Shown piece by piece: positions 53,199 through 63,259 of a DNA stretch of 64,000 bases. The DNA lies in the NCBI GenBank assembly GCA_946497925.1, contig CAMMMG010000002.1, positions 398-64,397 of the forward strand, read 5' to 3'. Position 1 is the first letter of the stretch, and each line of letters starts with the position of its first letter. The DNA is from an uncultured Mycoplasmatota bacterium (GTDB lineage: Bacteria; Bacillota_I; Bacilli_A; RF39; UBA660). Below the pieces are notes generated by a model that did not search any database, had not been told where the DNA came from, and saw only the letters and a list, made by a program, of their open reading frames with translations. The translations under genes were made by a program, and so were the position numbers.

Positions 53199-54072
53199 AA
53201 AATTAGGTAAGATTGCTTTACTAGGTGTGGCAATTTTATTTACTACTACAGGTTGTAAAAGTGATGATATGGAGGATATTGAGATAGTTACTACTAATTA
53301 TCCTAATGAATATATTATAGAAAGGCTTTATGGGGATCATGCTAAAGTTAGTAATATTTATCCTAATGGTATCGATGTTAATGATTATAAATTTACTAAT
53401 AAACAAAAAAAGGACTTTGCTAGTAAAGATTTGTTTATTTATACAGGGTTAGTTGATAGAGAAAGAAGTTTAGCAGTTGAATTACTAGATTATAATAAAG
53501 ATTTAAAAATAATTGATAGTTCTTATGTTCTTGATAATGATTATGAAATGGATGAAGTTTGGTTAGATCCATCATTTATGTTGATGATGAGTCAAAATGT
53601 TAGAATTGGTTTGAAAGAATATATAGAAAATAATTATTTAAAAGAAGAAATTGATGAAAACTATGAAGAGTTAAAAGTTGATATTTCAGAACTTGATGCT
53701 AATATTAGACTGGCAGTTGAAAGTGCTCCTTATAAAACTATTGTTGCAACTGATAATAATTATAAATTTTTAGAAAAATATGGTGTTAAAGTATATATAT
53801 TAAATGATGATACTAGTGAAAAGGATTTAGTAGAAATTAATGATCTAGTAGAAAGTGGCAATATAACTAAAATATTTAGTTATGAAGATATTAAAACTAC
53901 TAATAATGTTCAAAATTTAATTAATACTTATCCTAATAATTTAGAAGTTATTAATTCTAATAGAATAATAGTTTTAAATGATGAACAAAGAAAAACAAAA
54001 ACTGATTATATTACTTTAATGAATCAGAATTTAGATAATATTAAAGAAGAATTATATCATAGCAATAGTTAA
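53182..54072 (+). CDS. Lipoprotein, TroA/ZnuA-like metal-binding solute-binding protein fold (orphan)
   Basis: Lipobox LFTTTGC. IVTTNYPNEYIIERLYGD resembles the N-terminus of cluster-9 SBPs. I chose the start at 53182 (GGAG 7 nt upstream) rather than the longest ORF at 53146. Confidence 0.5.
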   Translation: MKRSVKKLGKIALLGVAILFTTTGCKSDDMEDIEIVTTNYPNEYIIERLYGDHAKVSNIYPNGIDVNDYKFTNKQKKDFASKDLFIYTGLVDRERSLAVELLDYNKDLKIIDSSYVLDNDYEMDEVWLDPSFMLMMSQNVRIGLKEYIENNYLKEEIDENYEELKVDISELDANIRLAVESAPYKTIVATDNNYKFLEKYGVKVYILNDDTSEKDLVEINDLVESGNITKIFSYEDIKTTNNVQNLINTYPNNLEVINSNRIIVLNDEQRKTKTDYITLMNQNLDNIKEELYHSNS

Positions 54073-54113
54073 ATATTAAAACAGTACTGGTAATTATACT
54101 AGTACTGTTTTAT

Positions 54114-55148
54114 TTAAAATAATCTTAATATATCATTGAATGTTACATAAATCATAAGTAACATTAATAAGAATAGTCCAACAGCATGAAATTTCGCTTC
54201 TGTTTCAGGTTTTACTGGGCTACCTTTTATCTTTTCTATAATAATAAATAAGATATGTCCCCCATCAAAAGCTGGTAGAGGTAATAAATTAATGAAACCT
54301 ACATTTATCGATAGGAATGAGAATAAATATAAAAGACTTGCTATTCCTCCACTTGCTTGAGCTCCTACTACTTCATATATTCCTACAGGACCACTTAATT
54401 GATTTAAATGTATTCCTCCTGTAAATAAGTTTAATAAAGTAACACCCATTTGTTTAAATAAAGAGCCAGTTTTAACTACTGTATATTTTAAGGAAGCTAG
54501 TAAGCCATGTTGCTCCTCTCCTTGCATACCTATTCCATAAAGATATCTTTCTTCTCCATCTACTTTAGTTTTTTCAGGTTTTATTTTATATGTTTCTACA
54601 TTACCATCTTTATCTTTTATTTTAAACTCTGTTGCTTTATCAGGATCTGCAATTGTTAAATATAATGAAATATCATCAATAGTCCAAATATCATGACCAT
54701 TAATTTCTAATATTTCATCACCTTTTCTAAGTCCAGCATCATAGGCAGGGCTTTCATTTTCTACACTTGATAAAATTGGTTCTGTAGAAGTTGCTCCCCA
54801 TATTAAAGCGATAAAGAAAAGTACTAGTATGGCAGAAATAAAATTAAAACCTGCTCCAAAGAACATTACTAAAAACTTTTGCCATGGTTTTTTACCTGGT
54901 AATGTTCTATCTCTTGGTAAGTCTTCCTCTTCTCCTTCTTCTCCTGCTAACTGGCAAAAACCACCAAGAGGAATAGCTCTTAAAGAATATTCTGTTTCTC
55001 CTTTTTTAAAGCTAAATAATTTAGGTCCCATACCAAGGGCAAATTCATAGACATATATTCCTGTTAATTTAGCAAATAGGAAGTGTCCTCCTTCATGAAT
55101 AAATATAATTGAGCCTAATAGAATTATGAATAATATTAATGTAACCAT
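54114..55148 (-). CDS. rseP: RIP metalloprotease RseP/RasP (M50 site-2 protease)
   Basis: HEGGHFLFAK, a PDZ segment, and NLLPLPAFDGGH. Confidence 0.9.
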   Translation of the reverse strand: MVTLILFIILLGSIIFIHEGGHFLFAKLTGIYVYEFALGMGPKLFSFKKGETEYSLRAIPLGGFCQLAGEEGEEEDLPRDRTLPGKKPWQKFLVMFFGAGFNFISAILVLFFIALIWGATSTEPILSSVENESPAYDAGLRKGDEILEINGHDIWTIDDISLYLTIADPDKATEFKIKDKDGNVETYKIKPEKTKVDGEERYLYGIGMQGEEQHGLLASLKYTVVKTGSLFKQMGVTLLNLFTGGIHLNQLSGPVGIYEVVGAQASGGIASLLYLFSFLSINVGFINLLPLPAFDGGHILFIIIEKIKGSPVKPETEAKFHAVGLFLLMLLMIYVTFNDILRLF

Positions 55149-55157
55149 GAATCCCTC

Positions 55158-55958
55158 CTAAATTAATCCCATTACTAATATAAATGCTAATATTACAAAA
55201 ATTATACTATCTAACCTGTCTAATATCCCTCCATGACCAGGAATAAGATTAGAAAAATCTTTCACACCATAAGTTCTTTTAATACTAGAAAATACTAAAT
55301 CTCCAAGTTGTCCTATAACTGCTAAGAAAACAGTCGTAAGTATTAATATAACTAAAGATATATTAGAGTCTATTACAGTAAAATAAAATGTAGTGGCAAC
55401 AAAAGTTCCCATTAAGGCTCCTCCTATAAACCCTTCTATAGTCTTATGAGGACTAATGGAAGGAGCTAGTTTATTTTTACCTATATACATTCCTGTTATA
55501 AGGGCAAAAGTATCAGTTATAACAGTTATAAGTAGTAGATATATTAGATAGTTTAAACTATAGTTTCTTACTACCAAAATTAAATTAAAGGCAATATTAA
55601 TGAATAAAAGTGATCCTACTAAATAAAGTGCATCATTAATATCATAATCCATACTTTTACTTTTTAATAGTATTGGTAATAAGAATATTAAAACAATAAA
55701 ACTTATTAGTTGATAACTCATTGTATAACTAAAAATATTTTGATTGTATGTTAAAATACTCGAGAATATTACTAATAGATAAGATATTACTTTTATTAAC
55801 ATAGGAATTTTTTTCTTTTTTTCTCTTATAGTAATTAACTCATACATTGATGCTAAAGCTAAAAGAGTCATTAATATTGTAAAAGGTACTCCCCCTATAA
55901 ATAATAATGGTACAAAGATTAAAATCATAATAATAGCGCTTAGTATACGTTTTTTCAT
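55158..55958 (-). CDS. cdsA: Phosphatidate cytidylyltransferase
   Basis: SSIKRTYGVKDFSNLIPGHGGILDRLDS. Confidence 0.9.
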   Translation of the reverse strand: MKKRILSAIIMILIFVPLLFIGGVPFTILMTLLALASMYELITIREKKKKIPMLIKVISYLLVIFSSILTYNQNIFSYTMSYQLISFIVLIFLLPILLKSKSMDYDINDALYLVGSLLFINIAFNLILVVRNYSLNYLIYLLLITVITDTFALITGMYIGKNKLAPSISPHKTIEGFIGGALMGTFVATTFYFTVIDSNISLVILILTTVFLAVIGQLGDLVFSSIKRTYGVKDFSNLIPGHGGILDRLDSIIFVILAFILVMGLI

Positions 55959-56100
55959 ATTAGCACTACCTCCAATCCTATATTAAGTATAATATAATTT
56001 TGCAATTTAGACAACAATCTTATTTATTAAAATTTATTTAGACAAAAATTATCACAATTCATATATTTACAAATAATAAAAGGATTACCCTTAAGTAACC

Positions 56101-56349
56101 CTAAAATTTATCAATATTAATCTTTACATATTTACCATCTTTTAAAGAACTACTAGCTTGTACTAAAGTTCTAATGGCATTAGCTGTTTTACCATTTTTA
56201 CCAATGACTCTACCAATGTCAGAATCAGATACTAATACCTCTATAATAATTTCTTTCTCATTATCACTTGGAAATTCTTTTACTGATACAGCTTCATCAT
56301 CTTGAACAATGTTTTTAATTATTTTTTCTGTTAATTCTACTAAAGTCAT
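56101..56349 (-). CDS. KH-domain RNA-binding protein (YlqC-like)
   Basis: GRVIGKNGKTANAIRTL. It lies directly after rpsP. Confidence 0.8.
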   Translation of the reverse strand: MTLVELTEKIIKNIVQDDEAVSVKEFPSDNEKEIIIEVLVSDSDIGRVIGKNGKTANAIRTLVQASSSLKDGKYVKINIDKF

Positions 56350-56630
56350 TATTTTGTTTCCTTTTTATCTTTAGATTCAGCAAATTTTTTCATGATACCT
56401 GCATCTTTTAATAGACTTCTAACAGTATCTGATGGAATTGCTCCGTTGTTTAACCATTTTAAGGCAACTTCTTCATTAATTTTAACATCTTTTTCTTTTG
56501 AGATTGGATTATAAGTACCTACTAATTCTAGATACTCTCCATCTCTTCTACTTCTAGAGTCTGTTGCAACTATACGATAAAATGGTCTTTTTTTAGCTCC
56601 CATTCTCATTAATCTTAATTTTACTGCCAT
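56349..56630 (-). CDS. rpsP: 30S ribosomal protein S16
   Basis: [22 protein letters not shown] chose the start at 56630 (AAAGGAG 8 nt upstream) rather than the longest ORF at 56675. Confidence 0.9.
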   Translation of the reverse strand: MAVKLRLMRMGAKKRPFYRIVATDSRSRRDGEYLELVGTYNPISKEKDVKINEEVALKWLNNGAIPSDTVRSLLKDAGIMKKFAESKDKKETK

Positions 56631-56743
56631 AATTATTGCTCCTTTCTTTTTTCTTTTATAATTATACACAAACAAATAGAGACTGTCAACCTTTTTTTAT
56701 TGACAGTCTTTAAGAACTATTCAAGATTATTAATCTAATGAGT

Positions 56744-57280
56744 CTATTCAGTGGGATTATCTAAATAGTCTTCATTTACTTCTTCATCAATTTTCTCGTC
56801 AATAGTAGCATCACTATCCATTATTTCTTCCCAGTCATCAACTTCATCTAGAGTATTGATACGTACTTTGGTATCCCCTACTAATTCTATACCTAAAGTT
56901 TTATCAATAGTGCAATTAATATTATTACCATCAATTTCTGCTTTACTGCAACTAGGGCCATTTAAACTTCTAATGATTACTTCTTCGTTTTCTGTATCTG
57001 TGTTAACTCCTTGGATATTAATAGTTTCTGTATAATTTTTAGTATCTTTCAAGACTTCAGTTTTTGTATCATTATCATAAGAATACCAAATATTAATATC
57101 ATAGCTTCCATTAATGGTAACAGTTCCATTAGAAAAAGTGCCATTAAAATTATGATTAATTACCCAACAGCCAAGAATTGTATTTGGGTTATTAGTTACT
57201 TGTAATGATAAGTTATCAGTAAATTGTTTCTTACCTTTACCAATAACAGCTTTTGTTACTATTTCTTTAAAAGTTGCCAT
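56744..57280 (-). CDS. cotE: Spore coat morphogenetic protein CotE homologue
   Basis: FKEIVTKAVIGKGKK..ILGCWVINHNF..YDINIWYSYDNDTKTEV and the acidic C-terminal tail parallel B. subtilis CotE as I recall it. It lies downstream of miaB-ymcA, as in Bacillus. Confidence 0.75.
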   Translation of the reverse strand: MATFKEIVTKAVIGKGKKQFTDNLSLQVTNNPNTILGCWVINHNFNGTFSNGTVTINGSYDINIWYSYDNDTKTEVLKDTKNYTETINIQGVNTDTENEEVIIRSLNGPSCSKAEIDGNNINCTIDKTLGIELVGDTKVRINTLDEVDDWEEIMDSDATIDEKIDEEVNEDYLDNPTE

Positions 57281-57410
57281 GCGTTTCCCTCCTCTAATTT
57301 AGTCTATGCTACAACTAATTAAAAAGTACAAAAAACTAATATAATATAGAATTGCTAGCTTATCAACTTATCAGCTTATCAATCAACGCAATAAGAAAAG
57401 AAAGAAACAA

Positions 57411-57683
57411 TTATGCTTCTTTCTTTAGTTCTTCAACTTCTTTAATACTAACTCCTGTACTTTCAGATATTACTTCTATAGATATACCTATATTAAGGAG
57501 ATTTTTAGCAATAAAAACTTTTTCTTCCTTTTTACCTTCTTTCTTTCCTTCTTCAAGTCCTTCAGCTTTTCCATCATCATAACCCCAATTACGAGCAGTA
57601 TTAATCATTCTTTTCTGCATCTCTTCATTATCATAAATTACCCCAAACTTGTCATCAATTCCTAGTTTCTCTAACTCATCCAC
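57411..57683 (-). pseudogene. Orphan C-terminal fragment of an Rpn-family (PD-(D/E)XK, transposase_31-like) gene
   Basis: ..GYDDGKAEG..IAKNLLNIGISIEVISESTGVSIKEVEELK parallels the C-terminus of the neighbouring 287-aa protein (..GYDEGYDIG..IAKNLLKKGLSIDLVSESTGLSEEEINNL). Confidence 0.5.
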
Positions 57684-57708
57684 GATTTTTAAAGCCTCCT
57701 CATTGCTA

Positions 57709-58572
57709 TTAGTTGTTTAGTTCTTCTATTAAGTTGTTTATCTCCTCTTCACTCAAACCAGTACTCTCAGATACTAAATCAATAGATAATCCTTTTTTTA
57801 AAAGATTTTTAGCAATTTCTTTTTCTCTAGCTTTAGCACCAATATCATAACCTTCATCATAACCATCAAGTCTAGCAGAATTTATCTCTTTTCTTCTAAC
57901 TAACTCTACATTATAGTCTGTTCTAAATTTATCATCTTCATTTAGTCTTTCTAACTTATCCACGATATATAACGCCTCCTCACATCCATTTGCAATCTCT
58001 CTCATCTCTTCATATGAGTCTGCTACCATCATTGCCATAAATGTTTCTTCTTCGTTACTTCCATTATATCTTACATTTTTTAGACTTTCAAGATAAATAT
58101 TATGTATTTTTATATCATCTATTACATCATTATATTTCTCATTTCTTAAGGTATAATCTACATTAATTGCATCTGGTTTTATCTTATAGAGACTATTATT
58201 AAAGTTAATTAGAACTGTTTTCATCTTAACAAAATCTTCTCCTTTTTCAAGTCCTCCACCGGCTATATTAAAGAGATACATTCTGTTTTTAATTAAGACT
58301 CTTTCTGATACATCTTTATTCATTTCTATTATGATAAAATCTCTATCTTTCTTTAATAAAATATCAAGTCTATAATCTCTTGCAACATTTCCTCTATTTA
58401 TCTCATTATCATATAACTCATACCCTTCTAAATCTAATTTAGAATAATACTTAATTACTTTTTCATAAAAGAATCTACTATCTTCATCTTTAAACATTCT
58501 TTTAAATGTTGTGTCAGATAAAAGTGTAAAGAATTCTTTTTTCTTTTCTTCTTTTTCCATTAATACCTCCAA
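57709..58572 (-). CDS. Rpn-family recombination-promoting nuclease / putative transposase
   Basis: FFTLLSDTTFKRMFKDED.., YRLDILLK...IIIEMNK (PD-(D/E)xK-like) and the characteristic C-terminal helical repeat. Confidence 0.6.
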   Translation of the reverse strand: MEVLMEKEEKKKEFFTLLSDTTFKRMFKDEDSRFFYEKVIKYYSKLDLEGYELYDNEINRGNVARDYRLDILLKKDRDFIIIEMNKDVSERVLIKNRMYLFNIAGGGLEKGEDFVKMKTVLINFNNSLYKIKPDAINVDYTLRNEKYNDVIDDIKIHNIYLESLKNVRYNGSNEEETFMAMMVADSYEEMREIANGCEEALYIVDKLERLNEDDKFRTDYNVELVRRKEINSARLDGYDEGYDIGAKAREKEIAKNLLKKGLSIDLVSESTGLSEEEINNLIEELNN

Positions 58573-58745
58573 TAATTTTTAATATTTCTACGTAGATGCC
58601 TACAACTCTAGCATGGAAGAGGGATTAATGCAAAAATAGGATTTTAATAATTTGTATAAGAAAATTGTCTATTTATTAAATTTGCCTAAAGAAAACAAAA
58701 AAATGACCTTATCATATAAGATCAATTTTCAAAATTCATACTTTT

Positions 58746-59102
58746 TTAAGAAATTTTATTATTTAAGATATCTTCAAAGATAATATTAAGCCCTTCCCTT
58801 ATGTTTATAAGAATGTTATTTATCTTCTTTTCTTTAATTAGATATTCTTTATATAAAGGGATAGATTCTAAAAGGCTTAGTTCATTATCTAATTCTTGTT
58901 TTATATTATTATCAAGGTAAGCACTTTTAACATAAGATTTTTGTAATGATTTAACTCTATCTATCGCTTCTATTATCTCTTTATTAGATTTAATTTTCTT
59001 TCTTAGTTCTATATACTCTTTATAGTCGTTATCTTTTTTAATAGTTTTTACTAACTCTAAGGCTTTCTCTTCTATTTCTTCATTACTTACTAACTTTTCC
59101 AT
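58746..59102 (-). CDS. YlbF/YmcA (RicA-like) family protein
   Basis: 118-aa helical protein immediately after miaB, with a 20-nt overlap, as ymcA is in Bacillus. Confidence 0.55.
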   Translation of the reverse strand: MEKLVSNEEIEEKALELVKTIKKDNDYKEYIELRKKIKSNKEIIEAIDRVKSLQKSYVKSAYLDNNIKQELDNELSLLESIPLYKEYLIKEKKINNILINIREGLNIIFEDILNNKIS

Positions 59103-60489
59103 CTAAACTCCATGTTTTAGCAGTAGTTATTTCTACATTAACAATACTGCCTATCTCTACATCTTCACCTGTAAAGTTAATTAATTTATTAGTATCACTA
59201 TATCCAAAGTATTCATTTTTCTTATCACTAATACCTTCTACTAGAACAGGAACAGTTTTACCAACTAATTTGTCATTATTTTCTTTAAAGTAAGTATTAA
59301 CTATTTCATTAAGTTTATAAAGTCTTTGTTCCTTTTCTTCTTTAGTAACATTACTGGTAAGCTTAGCAGCTGGAGTACCAACACGTGGAGAATAGATAAA
59401 TGTATATGCATTATCATATTTGCACTCTTTAACTAGTTTTAAAGTTTCCTCAAAGTCTTCTTCTGTTTCTCCTGGAAAACCTACAATTATGTCAGTAGAT
59501 ATTGCACAATTAGGGATCATTTCTTTCATTTTATGGAAAAGTGTTAAGTACTTCTCTTTAGTATAACGTCTTCCCATTAATTTAAGAATTCTATCACTAC
59601 CTGATTGAACTGGTAAATGAATACTTGGCATAATATTAGGATACTTTGCAATTACTTCTATCATTTCATCAGTAAAGTCCCAAGGATGACTTGTCATAAA
59701 TCTAATTCTAGGTATATTAGTTTTAGCAACATCTTCTAAAAGTTCTGCTAATGAATAATTATCATATAAATCTTTTCCATAAGCATTAACATTTTGACCT
59801 AGTAGTGTTACTTCTTTATAACCATCTTTAATAAGATTATCTACTTCTTTTAAAATATCTTCTTTTTCTCTACTTCTTTGCCTTCCTCTAGTATAAGGAA
59901 CTATACAATAAGTACAGAACTTATCACAACCATAAATAATATTAACATAAGCTTTATATTTACTAGATCTATCTACTGGTAAGCTCTCTATTAAATCTCC
60001 TTCTCTTGAATATACTTCTATCTGTTGTTTATCTTCGCTTTTCTCTAGTATTTCAGGTAACTGATAGAAGTTATGAGTACCTATTACAAAGTTTACAAAT
60101 GGGTATTTTGACATAATTGTATTAACAACTATCTCTTCTTGAGCCATACAACCGCATAAACCTATCATTAAACCTCTTTTAGACTCTTTAATATGTTTAG
60201 CTTTACCAAGTAATCCAAAGGCTTTATTATGGGCATTTTCTCTTATAGAACAGGTATTTAATAAGACTAAGTCAGCTTCTTCTATTTTATCAGTAAAATC
60301 AAAGCCTAAAAGTTCTAATATTCCTTTAATATTCTCACTATCATGTTCATTCATTTGACAACCATAAGTCTTTAAGAAACATTTTTTACCTTTATATTTA
60401 TTAAGATATTTAGAATCTATTTTATAATCTACTTTTTTATAATCTATTTTTTCACTACTACGAGCGACTTTAAAATCTGGTAAATGCAT
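59083..60489 (-). CDS. miaB: tRNA-2-methylthio-N6-dimethylallyladenosine synthase
   Basis: FLKTYGCQMNEHDSE, radical-SAM CDKFCTYCIVP, C-terminal TRAM domain. Confidence 0.9.
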   Translation of the reverse strand: MHLPDFKVARSSEKIDYKKVDYKIDSKYLNKYKGKKCFLKTYGCQMNEHDSENIKGILELLGFDFTDKIEEADLVLLNTCSIRENAHNKAFGLLGKAKHIKESKRGLMIGLCGCMAQEEIVVNTIMSKYPFVNFVIGTHNFYQLPEILEKSEDKQQIEVYSREGDLIESLPVDRSSKYKAYVNIIYGCDKFCTYCIVPYTRGRQRSREKEDILKEVDNLIKDGYKEVTLLGQNVNAYGKDLYDNYSLAELLEDVAKTNIPRIRFMTSHPWDFTDEMIEVIAKYPNIMPSIHLPVQSGSDRILKLMGRRYTKEKYLTLFHKMKEMIPNCAISTDIIVGFPGETEEDFEETLKLVKECKYDNAYTFIYSPRVGTPAAKLTSNVTKEEKEQRLYKLNEIVNTYFKENNDKLVGKTVPVLVEGISDKKNEYFGYSDTNKLINFTGEDVEIGSIVNVEITTAKTWSLDGKVSK

Positions 60490-60603
60490 ATAATCACTTC
60501 CTTACAAATATAATTTTAAAACTTTTTCTACCTCTTGCATAGTATTATCTATACTACAATTATTATTGATAATACTAGTTATTGACCTTTTACTAATGTT
60601 CTC

Positions 60604-61098
60604 TTATGAAAAATCAATGGAATCTGCTAAAAATCTTCTACATAATTCTTGATATTTAGGGTTTTCTTCTTTTTTCTCTCTATCTAGAGCCCTTTGTAAT
60701 CTAATACCATCATCTACTTTTATTAAAAGAGAAATGATATTTTCCATTCCATAGAATTTGACAAATTGGTCTAGTCCTTCTAAAGTATTACTACCCACAT
60801 AATTATAATTATCTAAATCAATACTAGAACTAGTTGTAAAATAATGCCATGGTCCATAAGCAGTCTCATACGTTCTTTTTTCAATTATTTTACCATTTTT
60901 TTCTAACTCTAACATTTCATCTACAGTCTTAAAATAGTATTCTCTTCCCTCTACTTCTCCTGTTCTCATAGGCCTTGTTGTAGACATTATCATTTCTTTA
61001 AGTGCAAATTTATTCTCTTTAATTAATCTTCTTTTGATAGTATCTTTCCCAGAGGAAGATGGACCCATAAATAGAATAACTTTTCCCATCGTGTTCAC
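60604..61098 (-). CDS. Short guanylate-kinase-like P-loop protein
   Basis: ILFMGPSSSGKDT, REYYF. At 164 aa it is shorter than canonical Gmk. Confidence 0.5.
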   Translation of the reverse strand: MNTMGKVILFMGPSSSGKDTIKRRLIKENKFALKEMIMSTTRPMRTGEVEGREYYFKTVDEMLELEKNGKIIEKRTYETAYGPWHYFTTSSSIDLDNYNYVGSNTLEGLDQFVKFYGMENIISLLIKVDDGIRLQRALDREKKEENPKYQELCRRFLADSIDFS

Positions 61099-61161
61099 TT
61101 CTTTCTAAACAGTTATATTTTATCATAGAACCATAGAAAAAAGAAGAATTTATTTTCTTCT

Positions 61162-61857
61162 TTATACAGTAACTTCCATCAAGACATTTTTTACTATATT
61201 ATCCATGAAAGTTAATTTATTATTCATAAGTTCATTTTTAATAATATCAAAATTCTTCTTAACTAAATCTACTATCTCTTTTACTTTAGGAAGTAATTTA
61301 GCTTTCTTAGATAATTCATCTACAATAGTCTCTAAATTCGTTAATTTAGTATATTTACCAAACTCATCACTTTTAATAAAAGTATTATATAAATTGTTAA
61401 ATGATACTAAATCGATATTATTAAATCTTTTATCTTCTAATAGTTTTAGAGTTGTACATAAATTACCTGTCGATATAGCAATATCGAGAATAGTTTTTCC
61501 TTCATTATTTCTAATATTAGGATTAATCTCTTTATTTCTTTTTAACTTTTTAATGATATTTGCAGTGTGAAGATAATTTCTAGTAGCAAGTAAATGAGTA
61601 AATGTATTACCATCTTTGTTTTGATGATTAATATCACTCTCTATTTCATTCATATACTTTTCTACTATATCATATTTCTTACTCTTTAGTAATCTCATTA
61701 AAACAGTATTACCATCCTGATCGATTGTATTTAAACTAACTATTTTCTTCTTTATTAGTTTATCTACTAATTCTAGATGCCCTTCTTTAATAAGTTCAAA
61801 TATCAAGGACGGTTCTTCTTCACAAGCAAGAGTTGCCTGTGTCTCATCGTAAAACAT
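61162..61857 (-). CDS. Ankyrin-repeat protein
   Basis: It has repeated DxxGNTxLMxLL-type units (DQDGNTVLMRLL, NKDGNTFTHLLA, NNEGKTILDIAI). Confidence 0.6.
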   Translation of the reverse strand: MFYDETQATLACEEEPSLIFELIKEGHLELVDKLIKKKIVSLNTIDQDGNTVLMRLLKSKKYDIVEKYMNEIESDINHQNKDGNTFTHLLATRNYLHTANIIKKLKRNKEINPNIRNNEGKTILDIAISTGNLCTTLKLLEDKRFNNIDLVSFNNLYNTFIKSDEFGKYTKLTNLETIVDELSKKAKLLPKVKEIVDLVKKNFDIIKNELMNNKLTFMDNIVKNVLMEVTV

Positions 61858-61972
61858 TTAAAACACCTCTTCTTTTTACGTGCGGTCTTTATTATACCAT
61901 ACACTATATGTTTTGTCAATTTTACTTCTACTATCAGTATGGCCAATCCCTTGATATTTATACATCAATTTA

Positions 61973-63259
61973 TTATTTTTTAGGTGTAATTACTTCTAAA
62001 CCTCCCATATATGGTCTTAATACTTCTGGTACTGTTACACTACCATCCTCGTTATAATTATTTTCTATTACAGCGATTAAGCCACGAGGTGATGCTACTA
62101 CGGTATTGTTTAAGGTATGAACAAAGTATGTTCCATTTTCTCCTTTAGTTCTAATACCTAATCTTCTTGCTTGAGCATCTCCTAGAGTTGAACAACTACC
62201 TACTTCAAAATATTTTTGTTGTCTTGGACTCCATGCTTCTACATCACATGATTTTACTTTTAAGTCTGCTAAATCTCCACTACAACATTCTAGTTGTCTA
62301 ACTGGTACGTTCATATTTCTAAATACTTCTACTGTAAACTTCCACATTTTCTCATACCAATCCATTGATTCTTCAGGTTTACAAATAACTATCATCTCTT
62401 CTTTTTCAAATTGATGAACACGGTAAAGTCCTCGCTCTTCTAGTCCATGAGAACCTCCTTCTTTTCTAAAACATGGTGAATATGATGTAAGTGTTATAGG
62501 TAAGTCTTCTTCTTTAACAATTTGTCCTTTATATCTACCTATCATAGAGTGTTCACTTGTACCTATTAGATATAAGTCTTCACCTTCTATTTTATACATC
62601 ATCGCTTCCATTTCAGGGAAAGACATAACTCCTGTTACAACATCACTATGAATCATAAAAGGTGGCACACAGTAAGTAAATCCTTTATCTACCATATAAT
62701 CTCTTGCATAGGCAATCATTGCTTCATGAAGTCTTGCGATATCTCCTGTTAAGTAGTAAAAACCTTCTCCTGATGTTCTTCCTGCTGCTTCTTTATCCAT
62801 ACCATTTAATCTTAAAATTATATCAGCATGATATGGTATTTCATAATCTTTTTTATATGCTTCACCAAAACGTTCTACTTCAACATTTTCACTATCATCT
62901 TTTCCGATTGGAACAGAAGGATCCATAATATTAGGAATTACCATCATCTTACTTCTTAGCTCTTCATTAAGTTTCTTTTCATCTTCTTCTATAGTAACTA
63001 ATCTTTCATTAATCTTTTTAACTTCTTCTTTCTTTTTATTCGCTTCATCTATTTTCTTATCTTTCATAAGTAAACCAATAGAACTACTCTCTTCATTACG
63101 AGTTTTTCTTAACATATCACCTTCTTGTTTTAATGCTCTTATTTTCTCATCTAACTCTATCACTTCATCTACTAAAGGTAATTTCTCATCTTGAAATTTC
63201 TTCTTAATATTTTCTTTAACAATTTCCTTATTTTCTCTTACAAATTTAATATCTAACAT
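61973..63259 (-). CDS. serS: Seryl-tRNA synthetase
   Basis: MLDIKFVREN, an N-terminal coiled coil, class II motifs (FRKEGGSHG.., HTLNNTVVASPR). Confidence 0.95.
   Translation of the reverse strand: MLDIKFVRENKEIVKENIKKKFQDEKLPLVDEVIELDEKIRALKQEGDMLRKTRNEESSSIGLLMKDKKIDEANKKKEEVKKINERLVTIEEDEKKLNEELRSKMMVIPNIMDPSVPIGKDDSENVEVERFGEAYKKDYEIPYHADIILRLNGMDKEAAGRTSGEGFYYLTGDIARLHEAMIAYARDYMVDKGFTYCVPPFMIHSDVVTGVMSFPEMEAMMYKIEGEDLYLIGTSEHSMIGRYKGQIVKEEDLPITLTSYSPCFRKEGGSHGLEERGLYRVHQFEKEEMIVICKPEESMDWYEKMWKFTVEVFRNMNVPVRQLECCSGDLADLKVKSCDVEAWSPRQQKYFEVGSCSTLGDAQARRLGIRTKGENGTYFVHTLNNTVVASPRGLIAVIENNYNEDGSVTVPEVLRPYMGGLEVITPKK

Noticed and set aside
56676-56743. The inverted repeat AGACTGTCAA...TTGACAGTCT between cotE and rpsP as a terminator
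   Set aside because: The stem is good but no U-run follows on either strand, so its function is unclear.
57359-57382. The triple CTTATCA(A/G) repeat as DnaA boxes/oriC
   Set aside because: It does not match TTATCCACA closely, there is no dnaA/dnaN or AT-rich unwinding context, and there are only three short units.
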